From: Eledone cirrhosa | Taxonomy: Eukaryota | NCBI GenBank assembly: GCA_964016885.1 | Contig: OZ024741.1 | Location: 125,364,001 to 125,428,000, forward strand | Reading direction: 5' to 3' | Length of the DNA stretch: 64,000 nt | In this document: positions 38,795 through 53,251 of the stretch, piece by piece | Layout: each line of letters begins with the position of its first letter | How positions within the stretch are numbered: the first letter of the stretch is position 1 | Made by a program: the position numbers and the translations under genes | The notes under the pieces: generated by a model | Databases searched by the model: none | Told to the model about the DNA's origin: nothing | Seen by the model: only the letters and a program-made list of their open reading frames with translations

Positions 38795-38966
38795 CTCCTT
38801 TAACTTCTCCATTGGTACAAATAGCTGACATTGATAAGGTGGTAATCGTTGTCACAACAGCAGCTAACAATATGACTACCGTAGAGAGTCCAATGCCAGC
38901 TTGACCGACCACCCACGACAGACGCAGAAACAGCATCACGCCCCAAATATTGAGCAGACATCGTAC
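38795..38966 (-). CDS. SLC12A2: SLC12 exon, TM1-TM2: [26 protein letters not shown]...[12 protein letters not shown]
   Basis: ttag/gtaagt, 172 nt, phase 0-1; invariant [11 protein letters not shown] and SAIxTNG motifs. Confidence 0.97.
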
Positions 38967-39935
38967 CTAAGGATGGAAGAACAGAATGAAAGTGAGTTTT
39001 AAAAATGTGAACCCTTCATCATTATTTGAACGTCCATTTCCCTACTAGCAAGGGTTGAACGGGTCACTACAGATGGTCTACATAGACGGCCATGCATTCT
39101 ATTGAGCGTACAGGAGATGTTCTCATGTCTTTGACACAACTGAAGGGTACCCCCAACCCTTCGGCAAGCTTCTATAGCTGGATGCCCTTCCTATCACCAA
39201 TCACTTTACAACGTACTAGGTGCTTTTATTGTGTAGATTACCATATTTCCAATAAAATATACTTCATTTAAAATGATTAATTAAGAAGTTGGAGGGATTG
39301 ATTAAATTTATTAATCATTTCATTAGTAAGCTGGTATTTTTAACATAACTTAACAAAAGTTTCTTTTACCAATAAGAGCTATTTTAACCAAATAATCCGA
39401 TGAATTTATGCTATATAATTATTATATCTCTTTCATGACCATATTTCTAATGAAATACACTGCATGTTAATTGATTTATGAAGAATTTTTAGGGATTTAC
39501 TAGATTTATTAATTATTTTATTATAAAGATGGTATTCATATCATAACTCAATAAAAGGTTTTTATATCAAATAATGCTGAAAGCTTTTAATTTAAATAGG
39601 AAGCATTTAAAATAGCTGGTTTTGTTTCACTGAAACCGAGGTGGTTTTGGAGTGGGTTGGTATCAAAACAGTTAAGAATCAAATTCTCAATATATAATTA
39701 TAATGTGAACACAGGGCCAGACTTTCACCTGCTAAGGCCTTAAGCTATATGAAATTGGGAGCTCATCTATAGAAAATTTCAGGTAAAATTAATTTTGAAT
39801 AATTATAGATGTTTATCATTTTTTTAATATTAATGATAAAGAATAAATAATATAGATACATACATATATATACACACATATATAAGTAGGATGAAAGTCA
39901 CTGGAGTAGCATGCATATATATAAACTTTATTGGT

Positions 39936-40021
39936 ATATTACATTTGTTTCAATATCGATCAGCTCAGGGTACAATTATAATGACCGGGGCCTGACTCTT
40001 CTGCGACATCTCGTCAGATAT
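39936..40021 (-). ncRNA. Type I hammerhead ribozyme (same family as 61547), sense to the SLC12 pre-mRNA
   Basis: AUAU-CUGACGA-GAUGUCG...CGAUAUU-GAAA-C-AAAU-GUA-AUAU. Confidence 0.72.
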
Positions 40022-40236
40022 GTGAGTTTACATGTGCACATAGAAACTCGCATATCAGAACAGGGTTGACCTACACCAGAAACAACACCAGAAACAACCA
40101 AAATGAATCTAGCATATCAGATTATGATAGTTTTCTTTGTCTCAGGGGAAGTGTTTTCTTTTTTGTTTTGTTTTTTTTTGGAATGGGGTGGGAGATAAAG
40201 CAGAACTGTAAATATATAAAAAGAGAGGATCCTTAC

Positions 40237-40368
40237 CAAAACACCCTTTATCCATCCAAACTTTGTAGCAGCTTGAGGTGCACTTGAAGAAGTAGTATTA
40301 ACTTCATTACCTCCCCTTTCTTCATCTTGTAATAATGGAGCAGCAACTTTATTTTTCTGTTCATCATC
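40237..40368 (-). CDS. SLC12A2: NKCC/SLC12 cotransporter exon (end of N-terminal tail): DDEQKNKV...AATKFGWIKGVL
   Basis: Acceptor ttgcag, donor gtaagg, 132 nt, phase 0-0; KFGWIKGVL is the SLC12 pre-TM1 signature. The symbol means NKCC-like; exact orthology was not tested. Confidence 0.93.
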
Positions 40369-40850
40369 CTGCAATGAAATAGACAAAATTATATAAATAT
40401 GCATGTTTATTAAAATCACAGACTCACAGAAGAGATGACGAAGGAATATGACGAGTGGAGAGATGCTGTGCTGAGAAGAACCCATCCAACTCTTCTAAGC
40501 ATGGAAATGAACATAAAAATGATGATGATGATGATACACACACACACACACATATGTAGTTGGTGGATGAGAGAAAAGAGTACTCAATACCAAGTAGAGT
40601 TTAAATATTCATTTATTATGTCTAAGTAGTGAGTCTTGTAGGCCCATATATATATATATTCCTTCCTTGCTCACATTTCAACCAGGTTTGATGGTCTTTA
40701 TTCTCTCGTTCACGATTTCACCAAATTTATATTCATAGAAATCTGGGACTTGTCTCTTTCTTCATCACTTTCTGTTGCTTAAACCATTTTGTTTGTTTAC
40801 CCTAGCGTCCCCTTTATTTACATGTCCCAACGACTTTTTTTAGCCGTTGC

Positions 40851-40921
40851 TCGCACCAACCTGAGGTATATGGTCTTTAAAGCGATGAAATGCCTATGAC
40901 GGTTGGAAGACCACTGATGAA
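40851..40921 (+). ncRNA. Putative rearranged hammerhead ribozyme with kink-turn, copy B
   Basis: GGUAU-A-UGGUCUU...U-GAAA-UGCC-UAU-GA-C-GGUUGG-AAGACCA-CUGAUGA-A; ungapped alignment to copy A with compensatory changes. Confidence 0.7.
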
Positions 40922-40980
40922 GGACAAACTTCTTCATATGTAACCCATTTGCAACGCCGCAGCTCCATTATTATCATATT

Positions 40981-41052
<72 letters not shown>

Positions 41053-41533
41053 GCTAGCAAAAAAAAACTACCCTTCGGGTGGTTTTCTGCTAGCATGTGT
41101 GGTGTACATATTGATATTACATGAAAATATACATATATACATGCATATAGATATGATATATCAAATAAAATCATAATTGAGAATATGCACAGAAATTGAA
41201 GAGAGACTGTGTTACACTCTCTTCTGTAATCAGTAAAGTAATCCATGATACATTTAAAAAAGACGATATTATATATAAACGAAACAGGAGAAAATTAGCG
41301 ATGGAAATATAAATCTTATATAACTATGCAAATATATGAATGTTTACATAAGTGATGTAATAAAGTGTTCTGATATAACTGACGCTAACCGGAAGTGAAG
41401 ACATTTGAAAATTTTTCAAGCAATGAATCTTACATTAAGCAATCATTATATATAAGAATATTTATGTTTAATCAACAGCCACGAAATTTAGTACAAAAAT
41501 TATGTAATGTTCCTTCATTATTTATTCAAAGAA

Positions 41534-41912
41534 GGGCGGTGGATTGGCAGTATCGGTGGAGGGTCGGACGCCATGCTTTCCAGCATAGTTACGTCCCTTT
41601 ACCATCTGAGTTCAAATCCCGCCGAGGTTGACTTTGCCTTTCATCCTTACGGGGTCGATAAAATAAAGTACCAGTAATGCACTGGGTAATTGCTGGCCTT
41701 GTGCCTAAAGTAGAAACAATTATTAGGGCGGTGGATTGGCAGTATCGGTAGAGGGTCTGACGCCATGCTTTCTAGCATAGTTACGTCCCTTTACAGTCTG
41801 AGTTCAAATCCTGCCGAGGTTAACTTTGCCTTTCATCCTTACGGGGTCGATAAAATAAAGTACCAGTAATGTACTGGGTAATTGCTGGCCTTGTGCCTAA
41901 AGTAGAAACAAT
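41534..41912 (+). mobile_element. Two tandem near-consensus copies of tRNA-derived SINE family 1 (about 190 bp)
   Basis: A box TGGCAGTATCGG, B box GAGTTCAAATCC, central GCCTTTCATCCTTACGGGGTCGATAAAATAAAGTACCAG, tail AGTAGAAACAATTATT. Confidence 0.9.
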
Positions 41913-42760
41913 TATTTATTCAAAGTAATCTAACTTATTTTACGAATGGGATAAAAAAATATATTCAGGACACAGTCCCACACTCCTCTTTTATTATATT
42001 ATGATTGTCATGTAGGCCCAAATATTGTTATTGTGACGATAATGAAAAACAGAAATTACTAGTTAGAATAGCTGAAGATGTTGAGGGCAATAATTCACGG
42101 TCAAATTACAACAGAAAGTGGGGTTACATCGAGTAAAAACAATACTTCTTCACCCACATATTCCTGGGAGGGTCGTGAGAGCAGAGTCCTCACACACTCC
42201 TTCCAGCGACTCCTGTCAGAAGCAACTCTCTCCAACTGATCTGGCTAGGTCCCTAAGCATGACCAGCCAAGCTCATAGATGTTATCCAACCATCTTGCTC
42301 AGGGTCTACCCTTGGGTCTCTTGCCAGTTGGTTTTGCCCATAAAATCTGTCCAGCAATTCTTTCCAGAGACATTCTAGCCACATGTCCATAGTACCGGAG
42401 CTGTGATCTCTCAATTCAGAGAAGTAGCAACTCTACCAGGAGTGACTCTCTTATTGCTGAGCTATGCATGTTATCATGTAACATTACTCCAAAGACCCTT
42501 CGGAGGAATCCCATTTCGGCCGCTTGTAAACGTGATCATATTATTTCAGTCATTACCCAAGATTCATGACCATAGGTAAGGGTTGGCACGAATACCAAAT
42601 CGAAGATAGTGAGTTTGGCAATACAAACAATACATGTAACAATAAATTTCCAACAAGAAAAATCCCCCTATGGAAAGTGGGATGACTATCTTTGATAATT
42701 CAGGGATAAAATCCCACATAAAATCCCAGGTTATTCTCTATCACCAGAGGCATTGAAAGT

Positions 42761-42833
<73 letters not shown>

Positions 42834-43069
42834 CTAGCTAGTAGGGAAATCAGACATTAGATGATGATGATGGTGATGATAATGATGTAATAATGGAGAT
42901 GAAGATATTGATAATATGATGAAAATGACCATATGATGATGATGATGATAATAATAATAATGATGAGGAGGTTAATGTTAGAAAAGCATAGAGTAAGCTC
43001 ATTTAATCTTGTCAATCTTGCTGTTCTTTCCCATCTTTCATGAAACAGTCTAGATTTATTGTAATAATA

Positions 43070-43290
43070 ATTGTTTCTACTTTTGGTTTGGCACAAGGCC
43101 AGCAATTTGAGGGGGAGGGGAAAGTCAGTTATATCAGCCCCAATGCATTACTGGTATTTTATTTTATCGACCCTCATAAGGATGAAAGGCAAAGTTAGCC
43201 TTGGCAGGATTTGAACTCAGAATGTAAAGGGCCATAACTATATGTCACAAAGCATGTTGTCTGATGCCCTACTGATACTGTCAACCACAC
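43070..43290 (-). mobile_element. SINE family 1 (longer subtype)
   Basis: A/B boxes and central domain. Confidence 0.8.
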
Positions 43291-43671
43291 CTCCACTCGC
43301 CACACAACCATGAACAACATTAATGCAACCAACACTACCACCAACAACACGAACACTACTAACACCAACAACAACACTGACACCACCAACACACCCACCA
43401 ACAACACAGACACCACCATCAATAACACTAATGCCAACACAGACACCACCATCAATAACACTAGTGCCACCACTACCACCACTACCACCACCACCAACAG
43501 CACCATCACCAATAACACTAACGCCACCACCACCAACAATACCGCCAATTCTATCACCACCATCACCAACAACACCAACTCCACCACCTCCACTAACAAC
43601 AACTTTTGATTATTTATTCCTTTTCTTTTCTATTTTGGTCAGTAAAATCACTTTTTCAATATGTTATTTCT

Positions 43672-43752
<81 letters not shown>

Positions 43753-43982
43753 GGAATGTGTATGCACACAAACATGTGTATGTATATTAATCTCTCTCTC
43801 TCTCTCTGTTTATATAATACCCTTTATTGCATTGACGAACTTGATTAACAACAACAAGGCAAAACAATATATAGACTAAATATCAAAACACAAAAACGTT
43901 TTAGATGGCAGGATGAGAGGAGGGAGGGTGAGAGACAGACAGATACAGAGAGAGGGGGGATACAGAAAGTGAAACAGAAAGG

Positions 43983-44062
<80 letters not shown>

Positions 44063-44339
44063 GGTATGTTGGTGAACAGAAGCCATATCGTAGAATGTCA
44101 AGAGCATTACAACAATCACAACAACAACAACAATAGCAATGAAAATAACACCAACAACAACAACGACAATAGCAACAGCAGCAGCAACAATAACATCGAA
44201 AATAACAACAATGACAATAATACTCGACGACAATAACAACAACAACCAGAAGGGGAAGAGAGAAGCCATGATGTTGACAGTTGAAAGAAACCTCAATAAT
44301 AAGACAAAGTGAGACAATACCAATGACATATCAAGTGGC

Positions 44340-44885
44340 AGGGTGACATCTGTTATAACCATGGGATAGATAAACGGCATGGTCATTGGACCTGCTAGAA
44401 ATAACAGCCAAAACCATTTAAATCACATCTCTGACAATCCTGTAGCAGATGTATGTGACATGTTATAACAATGGGATGGGTAGACAGCTTGGACATTGGA
44501 CTTGCTAGAAGTAACAGTTAAATCCTATTCAATCACATCTCTGACATCCAATAACAGATGTGACATCTGTTATAACCATGGGATCGGTAGACACCATGGT
44601 CATTGGACTTGCTAGAAGTAACAGTTAAATCCTCTTCAATCACATCTCTGACACCCAATAACAGATGTAACATCTGTTATAACCATGGGATTGGTAGACA
44701 ACTATTCATTGCACTAAATAACAGCCAAATCCCTGTCAATCACACCTCTGACATCTGTTATAACCATCAGCCAGGTAGACAACTAGGTCATTGGACTTGC
44801 TTGAAATAACAGCCAAATCCCCTTAAATCACACCCCTGATATCTTTGTCTAGTAACAGGCCTGATATATGCTATAACCATGGTAT
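44340..44885. repeat. Degenerate tandem repeat of about 100-120 bp
   Basis: Recurring GACATCTGTTATAACCATGGGAT...GGACTTGCTAGAA. Confidence 0.8.
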
Positions 44886-45400
44886 TGACAGATTTCTGGA
44901 TCGTATTAACAAAACATTCATGAAAAATATCAAACAGTATTATTGACTGCATCACATCAAAACTTCAAGTCTTAACTCTAATCCTGAAAATGTCTCAATA
45001 AACTGTCCAATAAATCATTACAAGATGTTAAGAGTTTAAGCTGGTGTTTGGAACATAACAGATTCTTTTATATAATACTGGTTTCTGATTTAAGCAAAGA
45101 ACAATTTTTGGTGGGAAGGGAAGTCGATTAAATCAACAAAAGTATGTTACAGGAACTTTATTGACCCGTAAGGATGGAAGGCAAAGCTAACCTCAGTGGG
45201 ATTTGAACTCAGAACATAAAGGGACATAGCTAGCATGGAAAATGGACGTTAAATGATGATGATGGTGCAAAGTATATATTCCAACACGATATAATATTAA
45301 GATAGGTTTATAGATAAATATTAATACTTTATCCCTCTAGTTACCAAATTTCTAATGCAACACATTGCTTATAGATTTTCAAATAATTTTTTAAATACTT

Positions 45401-46013
45401 AAGAATTTGGAAGGGTTTAGTATATCTCATTAAGAAGCTGGTGTTTGGAACACAACTTCACAAAAGTTCTTACATAAATTATGATGGAAGGGTTTTAGAT
45501 ATATATAAATGCTTTAAAACCTCAAGAATTTGGAAGGGTTTAGTATATTAACTTTCTCATTGTGAAGCTGGTTTTTGGAACACAACTTCACAAAAGTTCT
45601 TACATAAATTATGATGGAAGGGTTTTAGATATATATAAATGCTTTAAAACCTCAAGAATTTGGAAGGGTTTAGTATATTAACTTTCTCATTATGAAGCTG
45701 GTTTTTGGAACACAACTTCACAAAAGTTCTTACATAAATTATGATGGAAGGGTTTTAGATATATATAAATGCTTTAAAACCTCAAGAATTTGGAAGGGTT
45801 TAGTATATTAACTTTCTCATTATGAAGCTGGTTTTTGGAACACAACTTCACAAAAGTTCTTACATAAATTATGATGGAAGGGTTTTAGATATATATAAAT
45901 GCTTTAAAACTTCAAGAATTTGGAAGGGTTTAGTATATTAACTTTCTCATTATGAAGCTGGTGTTTGGAACACAACTTCACAATAGTTCTTACATAAATT
46001 ATGATGGAAGGGT
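45401..46013. repeat. 130-bp tandem repeat, about 4.7 near-identical copies
   Basis: ATGATGGAAG recurs at 45481, 45611, 45741, 45871 and 46001. Confidence 0.93.
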
Positions 46014-46804
46014 TAGATAAAAATACTTTAACGCTTTCATTGCACTATTTCTAATGAAAGATTGTGTCTCTGACTTTCAAATAATTTTTTTAATAATCAA
46101 GAGTCTGGCTGGATTTAGTAATGTGTGTGTGTGTGGTGTGTGGTGTGGTGTGTGGTGTGTGGTGTGTGTGTGTGTGTGAAAGAGATAAAGAGAGAATGAC
46201 AAAAACAGTTCATACCTATACAGGTTGTGTAACATCTAGATATTACTATAAGAGGGAGTGATGGATACTTAGCAGGTACTACAAATATTATACACACAGG
46301 TGAGGCTGTGTGTGTGTGTCTGTGTGTGTATATTTACAAACATATATATGTATGTGAGTGTATATATATACACATACATATATATGCATGCATGTATGTA
46401 TGTATATGTGTATACAAACATATATATGTATGTGAGTGTATATGTACACACATACATATATATGTATGTATGCATGTATATATGTATGTATATGTGTGTG
46501 CATGTGTGTGTGTGCACGCGCATCTATAATTATTGTATAATAATGTATAGAACTTTTCCAAAAAAAGTCAGCAAATTTGAAAAATCCTAACATTTACCTT
46601 TTGGACATCAATGCTAAAATCCTGAATGTTGTTTCTGTTATTGTTGTTATCACTGTTATCATTGTTTTTGTTGTTAGTATCACTGTCGAGTGATACACCT
46701 AGGTTGTTGATTGAATAGAGAACCATACTGAACTAGATTCCCCACAGCAGCTACCAACCAAATAACCAAATGCAACAAACAGTATCGTTTTTGTCACAAA
46801 CCCA

Positions 46805-46921
<117 letters not shown>

Positions 46922-48029
46922 TGTGTAGCTCAGAGGAGTAACATGGCAGGTAAGTATGTTGTTGTTTTTTGCTATTATTTGGCTCTTACACTTATAAACG
47001 TGTTACCCCATATGATATGGAGGCATGGTGGGGTTGTTGATGAAGAAAGCAACAGAAATGGCCTTCAATATTATCAGGCAACCAATCCTCAGAAACATCA
47101 TTATCATAATCATCATTATTTAACAGTGGATTAGCAGTATTGGTAGAGCATCGCACAACATCCTTTGTGGCATAAACCGTATTTCCTGGCGTCGAAGACC
47201 CTACTTTTTTCCTAAAATAAGTCTCAAAAATCTACCGTATTGTCCTGGAGGCCGAAGGCTGTTTATTTTATTTTATTTTATTTTATTTATTGATTTTTTT
47301 CAAATTTTTGGTTGTCAAAATTAGGGTGCATCCTTGAGGACGAAGCACCTTCAGCGCCGGGATATACAGTAGTTACAGCCCTTTATGTTCTGAGTTCAAA
47401 TTATGCTGGGGTTACGTTTGCCTTTCATCCTTACGGTGATGATCTTCCAAACAGTTTCAATCTACCCAATTTTACTCACAATTGAGTTGATTCGTGTCTA
47501 TGGTAAAGAACACTTGCCCAAGATTCCTAACAGTGGGATTGAACACAGGACTTAATATTTGGAAAATGAACTTCTTAACCATTTGCTATGTTGCGTCCAC
47601 ACATCATATACACCAACCATGGAATATAAACTACGAAAGCAACTTGGATTTCAGAGTTATAGAAATTTTAAATCTGAGGCAACAATTATGTTGGTCACAA
47701 AATTACACCTGTGATCCTTTGCTGTTAATGGTAAAACTGCAGCAATAACAACACCATTATCATCTCTTCATTCAGAAGACGATAATAAGAAGGTTTTGAA
47801 ACATTATTGGACTTCAAAAACTTTACTATTCCAAACTAATGTAAAAATGTAAAGACTCACTTCGGTAACAAATGACCACAGGTTTTTGCACCTAGAAAGT
47901 TCCCCTCTGAGGCACAAGTTTAGGCAAGGTTGTTTGAGGAAGACCCACAGTCTTTCCTCTCCTTTGCCACCCATGTTGTCCAAAGCACAATAATAAAAAA
48001 AAAACTAACAAGGAAATAATGCAGTCATA

Positions 48030-48500
48030 TACCTTTGTGGGGCCCACAAAACAAGCATACACCTCTTAGCAATACCCTCCAGATATCTTGAAGACTTGCT
48101 ACAGTGTGGATATTTGGTCAGCTGTGCTATTTCCAGTGTGAAAACCCCATTGTTCTTCAGCTAGCTTGAACTCAACAACATCCCTACATCTCTTTGTCAG
48201 GCACTTATCATAGACTTCACTTCCTCGATAATTAGAGCACAATTTCTTGTGTCTCTTTCTGAAAATTGGAATTGCCACTCCCAATTGCCATTGCTTTGGT
48301 CCTTTCTAGAGATCCAAGCCACATGGCTCACACAAATCAGCCAGAGCATATCTTCTCTAATTATGGCTTTTAACATCTTTGCTGAATTTCATCCTCCCAA
48401 GAGGTCTTGCCACATTTGATCATTTTAATTGCTCTGAAGATCTCAGTCTCAGAGAGGTTAATCTTTACTCCTAGATGCACCTCATGTACATAAATCACTG
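48030..48500 (-). mobile_element. Decayed RTE-like RT N-terminal fragment
   Basis: EIFRAIKMIKCGK..ED and IPIFRK...CSNYRG...EEQWGF...STADQI. Confidence 0.7.
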
Positions 48501-49202
48501 GAGACAGAAAATAGTAGACAAGTGATGCCTGTGAGGTATCAAACCATGAATCTCTCATATACCAGGCAAATGTATTTAACAATCATACCAAATGGTCCCT
48601 GGATGCTAATTGCTGTTTTACAGGAGATTTAAGACTGAAGCTAGAAGTGTAAACATCTGGTTGACTTACAAAAGTCTGACACCCAAACCACTAAGCCACG
48701 CAGGCACAGTTTAATGGCTTAGAACCAGTATTAGTAACAATAAAATCCATAACAATTAACGTTGCAAGAAAATGAATTATGAAGAGAAAACTAATACTGC
48801 TGAACACATGATCTTTAATGAAGACAGATCTGTTTGTGGTTTAAATAGCAACTGAAGGGGAAAAGAGAAAATAATTACTTCAATGAAAAAGTTAGAAGAG
48901 AGAAAATATAAATCACAAAAGTGTTTATGAAGTAAAAAGGAAAAATTTCACATTTTTCTTCAATTAATGTTCTAAATTTGTTTTTCCGCCCTGATATTAC
49001 TGAGATAGGTCTAGACATATATATTTGTGGCCACAGGGTATAGCTGTGTGGTTAAGAAGTTCACTTCGTAATCACATGCTTTAAGGTTTGGTTTGGTCCC
49101 ACTGCATAGCATCATTAGCAAGTATCTTTTACTATCTATAGCTTCAAGTTGACAATACCTTGTGGGCAAAATTTGGTAGACAGAAACTGTGCAGAAGCCT
49201 GT

Positions 49203-49257
<55 letters not shown>

Positions 49258-49628
49258 AATTGATATTAATGCTATTTACTTAAAAGTATGTCTCCTGACT
49301 TAGCAGTTCATCAAATAGAAATTGATTAAATAAGCACCAGGCTTTAAAAAATAAATACTTATGTACTGTAATAAGTACTTGTGTACTACAAATTCCATAT
49401 AGTAAGAACACATGGAAGACAGAGGAGCTTCTTGAGGTGGTGAAGAATTAATTGTATTGTAATGTTAGGTTTGAAATTCAGAGAGAAAAACAGAATTGAA
49501 TATAAAAGAAGCAGTAAGACAGGTTATGTCCTCGATGTGACTGAAGAATCCTGTCTATCCTTCTAGATTCCAGACTTTATATTACATGAAACAATAAAAT
49601 TTTGTTTGAATGCATAATTAGTTATATT

Positions 49629-49812
49629 AGGGCAGTGGATTGGCAGTATTGATAGAGTGTCAGACACAATGCCTTGCAGCATGGTCCTTTGCGATCTGAG
49701 TTCAAATCCCGCCAAGGATGACTTTGCCTTTCATCCTTACAGGGTCGATAAAATAAAAGTACCAGTAATGCACTAGGGTAATTGCTGGCCTCGTGCCAAA
49801 AGTAGAAACAAT
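49629..49812 (+). mobile_element. SINE family 1
   Basis: Full-length match. Confidence 0.85.
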
Positions 49813-52012
49813 TATTAGTTGTATTAAAACCTTCTTTAAATCTGATATCAACCCAACCAAACCTGGCTCTGGTTCTATGAAACAAAACCACCTATTTTAA
49901 AATGTTCCTATTTAAATTAGAAGTTTCCACTGTGATTTGATATAAGAACCATATGTTGAATTACTATCTCAGTAATGAAATAATAATTTTAGTAAATCAC
50001 TAAAAATAAAGTGTATTTCATTAGAAATATGGTAATGAAAAGGTTAACCCTTTTGATACAAACCCATCCAAAACTGGCTTTAGTTCTAAGAAACAAAACT
50101 ACCCATTTTAAAGGATTCTTAATTAACCTTTTTGATAAGAACCCAACCAAAACTAGCTTTGGTTCTATGAAACAAACTACCAATTTAAAGGGTCCTCATA
50201 TAATCCTTTTGATACAAACCCAGCCAAAACTGACTCTGGTTCTATGAAACAAAACTATTGATTTTGAATTAAAAATATAATTTTATATAAGAACCTTATG
50301 TAAAGTTACTCTCTTAGTAATGAAATAATTTTAGTAAATCCCTCAAAATTCTACATTGAATAATTAAATAGATAGAATGTGTTTCATGAGAAATATAATC
50401 ATGAAATGGTTAGATTTCAGGATAGTGGAAAGAGATGGTAGGACTTAGTTTACACAGGGGCTACTTTAGGGGTCAGTCTATATTTTCTAGTATTTTTGTT
50501 TGTTCAAGTAATGGCTTAGTCTCAAGGTTGCCTTGAATAGTTTCATAGAAATATTACTTCATTCTCTATTCTGTATGTATTCTACTACCTGTATCTGGTT
50601 TATGCAATGTGTGTCCAATTTATGAGGTGTCTGTCCAGTTTATGAGGTGTGTGTCCAGTTTATGCAGTGTGTGTCCCCTGTTTATTAGGTTTAGATTTAG
50701 TTTAAAATAGGGACACAGTATCCCTGCATGTCAAAAGAAACAACTAAAAGGTTTGGTGTCAAGAAAGGCATCTGGCTGTAAAACATTGCCTCAAAATGAA
50801 TATGAAACCTGTCATGAGACCAGCAAAGCTAACTGTTACTTCCTCAGTGAAAATGGCTTTAAAACTTATGGTTGTTGTGCCTCTATTCTGTAGATGGTTC
50901 TCATGTAACTGCATGTTTAAAACTGATGAAATATAATATAATAAAATAATCTATGGAAAGTTTATCAGAAAGATATAATTATCGTTAATCAAAGTCAAAA
51001 GGAAAAAAAAATGTTCTTTTCTTTTAAAGTTAAACAAAGTTAAGCAAAGTTATATATAATAAAACATGATTGGACTGGTTCAGACAACAGCTGGTTGTGA
51101 AATATTTCTAAGTGAGCTAATATACAAGAATATGTGATAGAACTCTGTCTATGATAATGTGTGTGTGTGTTATTTTATAAGTGGGTGTATGGATTTTCTT
51201 TGTTCTTTAATCACTTTTGAAACCTGCTTAATGGTTAGGGTGTTGGACTCATGATAAATGCAGTAGGTTCAATTCCTGGACCAAACAGCACATTGTGTGT
51301 GAGAGAGAGAGATAGTCCATGACTACCCAGTAAGGTGGTGGATGAACAAACTGAAATAACAGCCTAAAACACAGAAGACCCTCTGGCCTTGTCAAGAACC
51401 TAAGACCCTTGCTAGAGTTAATTCCACAAGAGTACACACTGTAAAGTGTTAGTGTTTGGACCACAATAAATGTACCTCATTCACCCTGTAAAGTGATTGG
51501 TGTTAGGAAGGAAATCCAGCCATAGAAACCCTGCTAAATAAGGAATGCATAAGCAAGGCAAAGTTTCTCTGACCCATCTATAATCTCAGATTGTAGTAAC
51601 CTGTCTAACCCATGCCAGTATGGAAAGCATACGTAAATTGATGGTGATAATGATATATATATATATATATAGAATGATGATGGATGAGAAACCTGAAATA
51701 TAGGGATTAATAAATCAATTCCAAGGTAACTTCATCTCTGGTTTTTATTTTATTTTACATTTCTTTTTTCTATTTCCTCCCCTCCTCTCTTATCCCCCAT
51801 TCTTCCACCTGATTTTGTTGTCCAGAGATTTAACCCTCTGCATTGTAGAGGTTTCCAAAATGACAATTTTTTACTATTCCACAATGCTTCAAGCAAACTT
51901 CAACACTCTCTTATAAATATATATATAAATAAATTAATTAGTGTAGATAAATCAAATTATTGTGTGATAGGTAGTAAAATACTGATTTTTATTTTTTTTA
52001 TTTTAAAGCCAG

Positions 52013-52388
52013 TACAATGCAGTAGGAGATACGAAGGGTAAATGATGGTAAATGAAACAAAACAAAACAGAAATTCATTTTCACATATAAAAACTGGAAA
52101 GATGTAATTGAAAAAGTTATATCAGCTCAAAATTCAATACTTAGAGAGAGAGGCGGGGAGATAAATAGATAGATAGATTGGAAATACACGAAGCAGATTT
52201 GCTACTATAACAACCTCCAATTAAAGAAGAACACATTGATCGCTATTTTTGTTTAGAACTGTTTCTGTTCCCTTTTGAAAAGAGGGTAATAGCCCTAAAA
52301 TATCATGTTGAAATATACTGGGTAAAATATTACTTTATTTTGTTTTATTTGTCATCCATTACCCTTTATATATTTCTACTGCATTGTA
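52013..52388. mobile_element. MITE-like element with about 55-bp imperfect TIRs
   Basis: TACAATGCAGTAG...AAGGGTAA / TTACCCTT...CTACTGCATTGTA. Confidence 0.55.
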
Positions 52389-52434
52389 TCGCTCAATGTT
52401 TCATATTAAATATATCTATATATATATAAAACTG

Positions 52435-52822
<388 letters not shown>

Positions 52823-53183
52823 CCTCATTTTTGCAAAGTCTATACAAATTCACATTTCTACTCCGATTGACATTTATATATTCTTGCATTTATATATTCC
52901 TTGCAGTCTAAAGATTAACTGCAGCTTTTATTTTTCAATTTTCTGTTGTTAAAGAGGAGTTAGGCGCCGGTTATCCATCTCCGTCGCGCTCTTATAATAT
53001 CTGTCTGTATGCCTGGTTGTCTGCATTACGACATTCTGACGAACATTGATGACGTATTATGTTCACTATTTTCCGTTCATTGCCAGGGAACATCTTCACG
53101 AACCAAAGTATCGTCTTCCTGTTTTCCTTCGGTTGCAACGTTTTTCAAAATATTTACTTCTGCGTTCACAGATTGATGTTTTT

Positions 53184-53234
53184 AGTGTCAGAAGATCCCA
53201 TTAAGGGTGAAAGCAACGATTCTTTGCTTAAACT
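53184..53234 (+). ncRNA. Hammerhead-like motif with CAGAAGA core (copy 2)
   Basis: AGUGU-CAGAAGA-U-CCC-AUUAA-GGG-U-GAAA-GCAA-CGAUUCU-UUG-CUU-AAACU. Confidence 0.5.
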
Positions 53235-53251
53235 TTAATCTGTTATTTTAA

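Noticed and set aside
41534-41625. tRNA-like A and B boxes
   Set aside because: Head of a multi-copy SINE; no cloverleaf, so not a tRNA gene.
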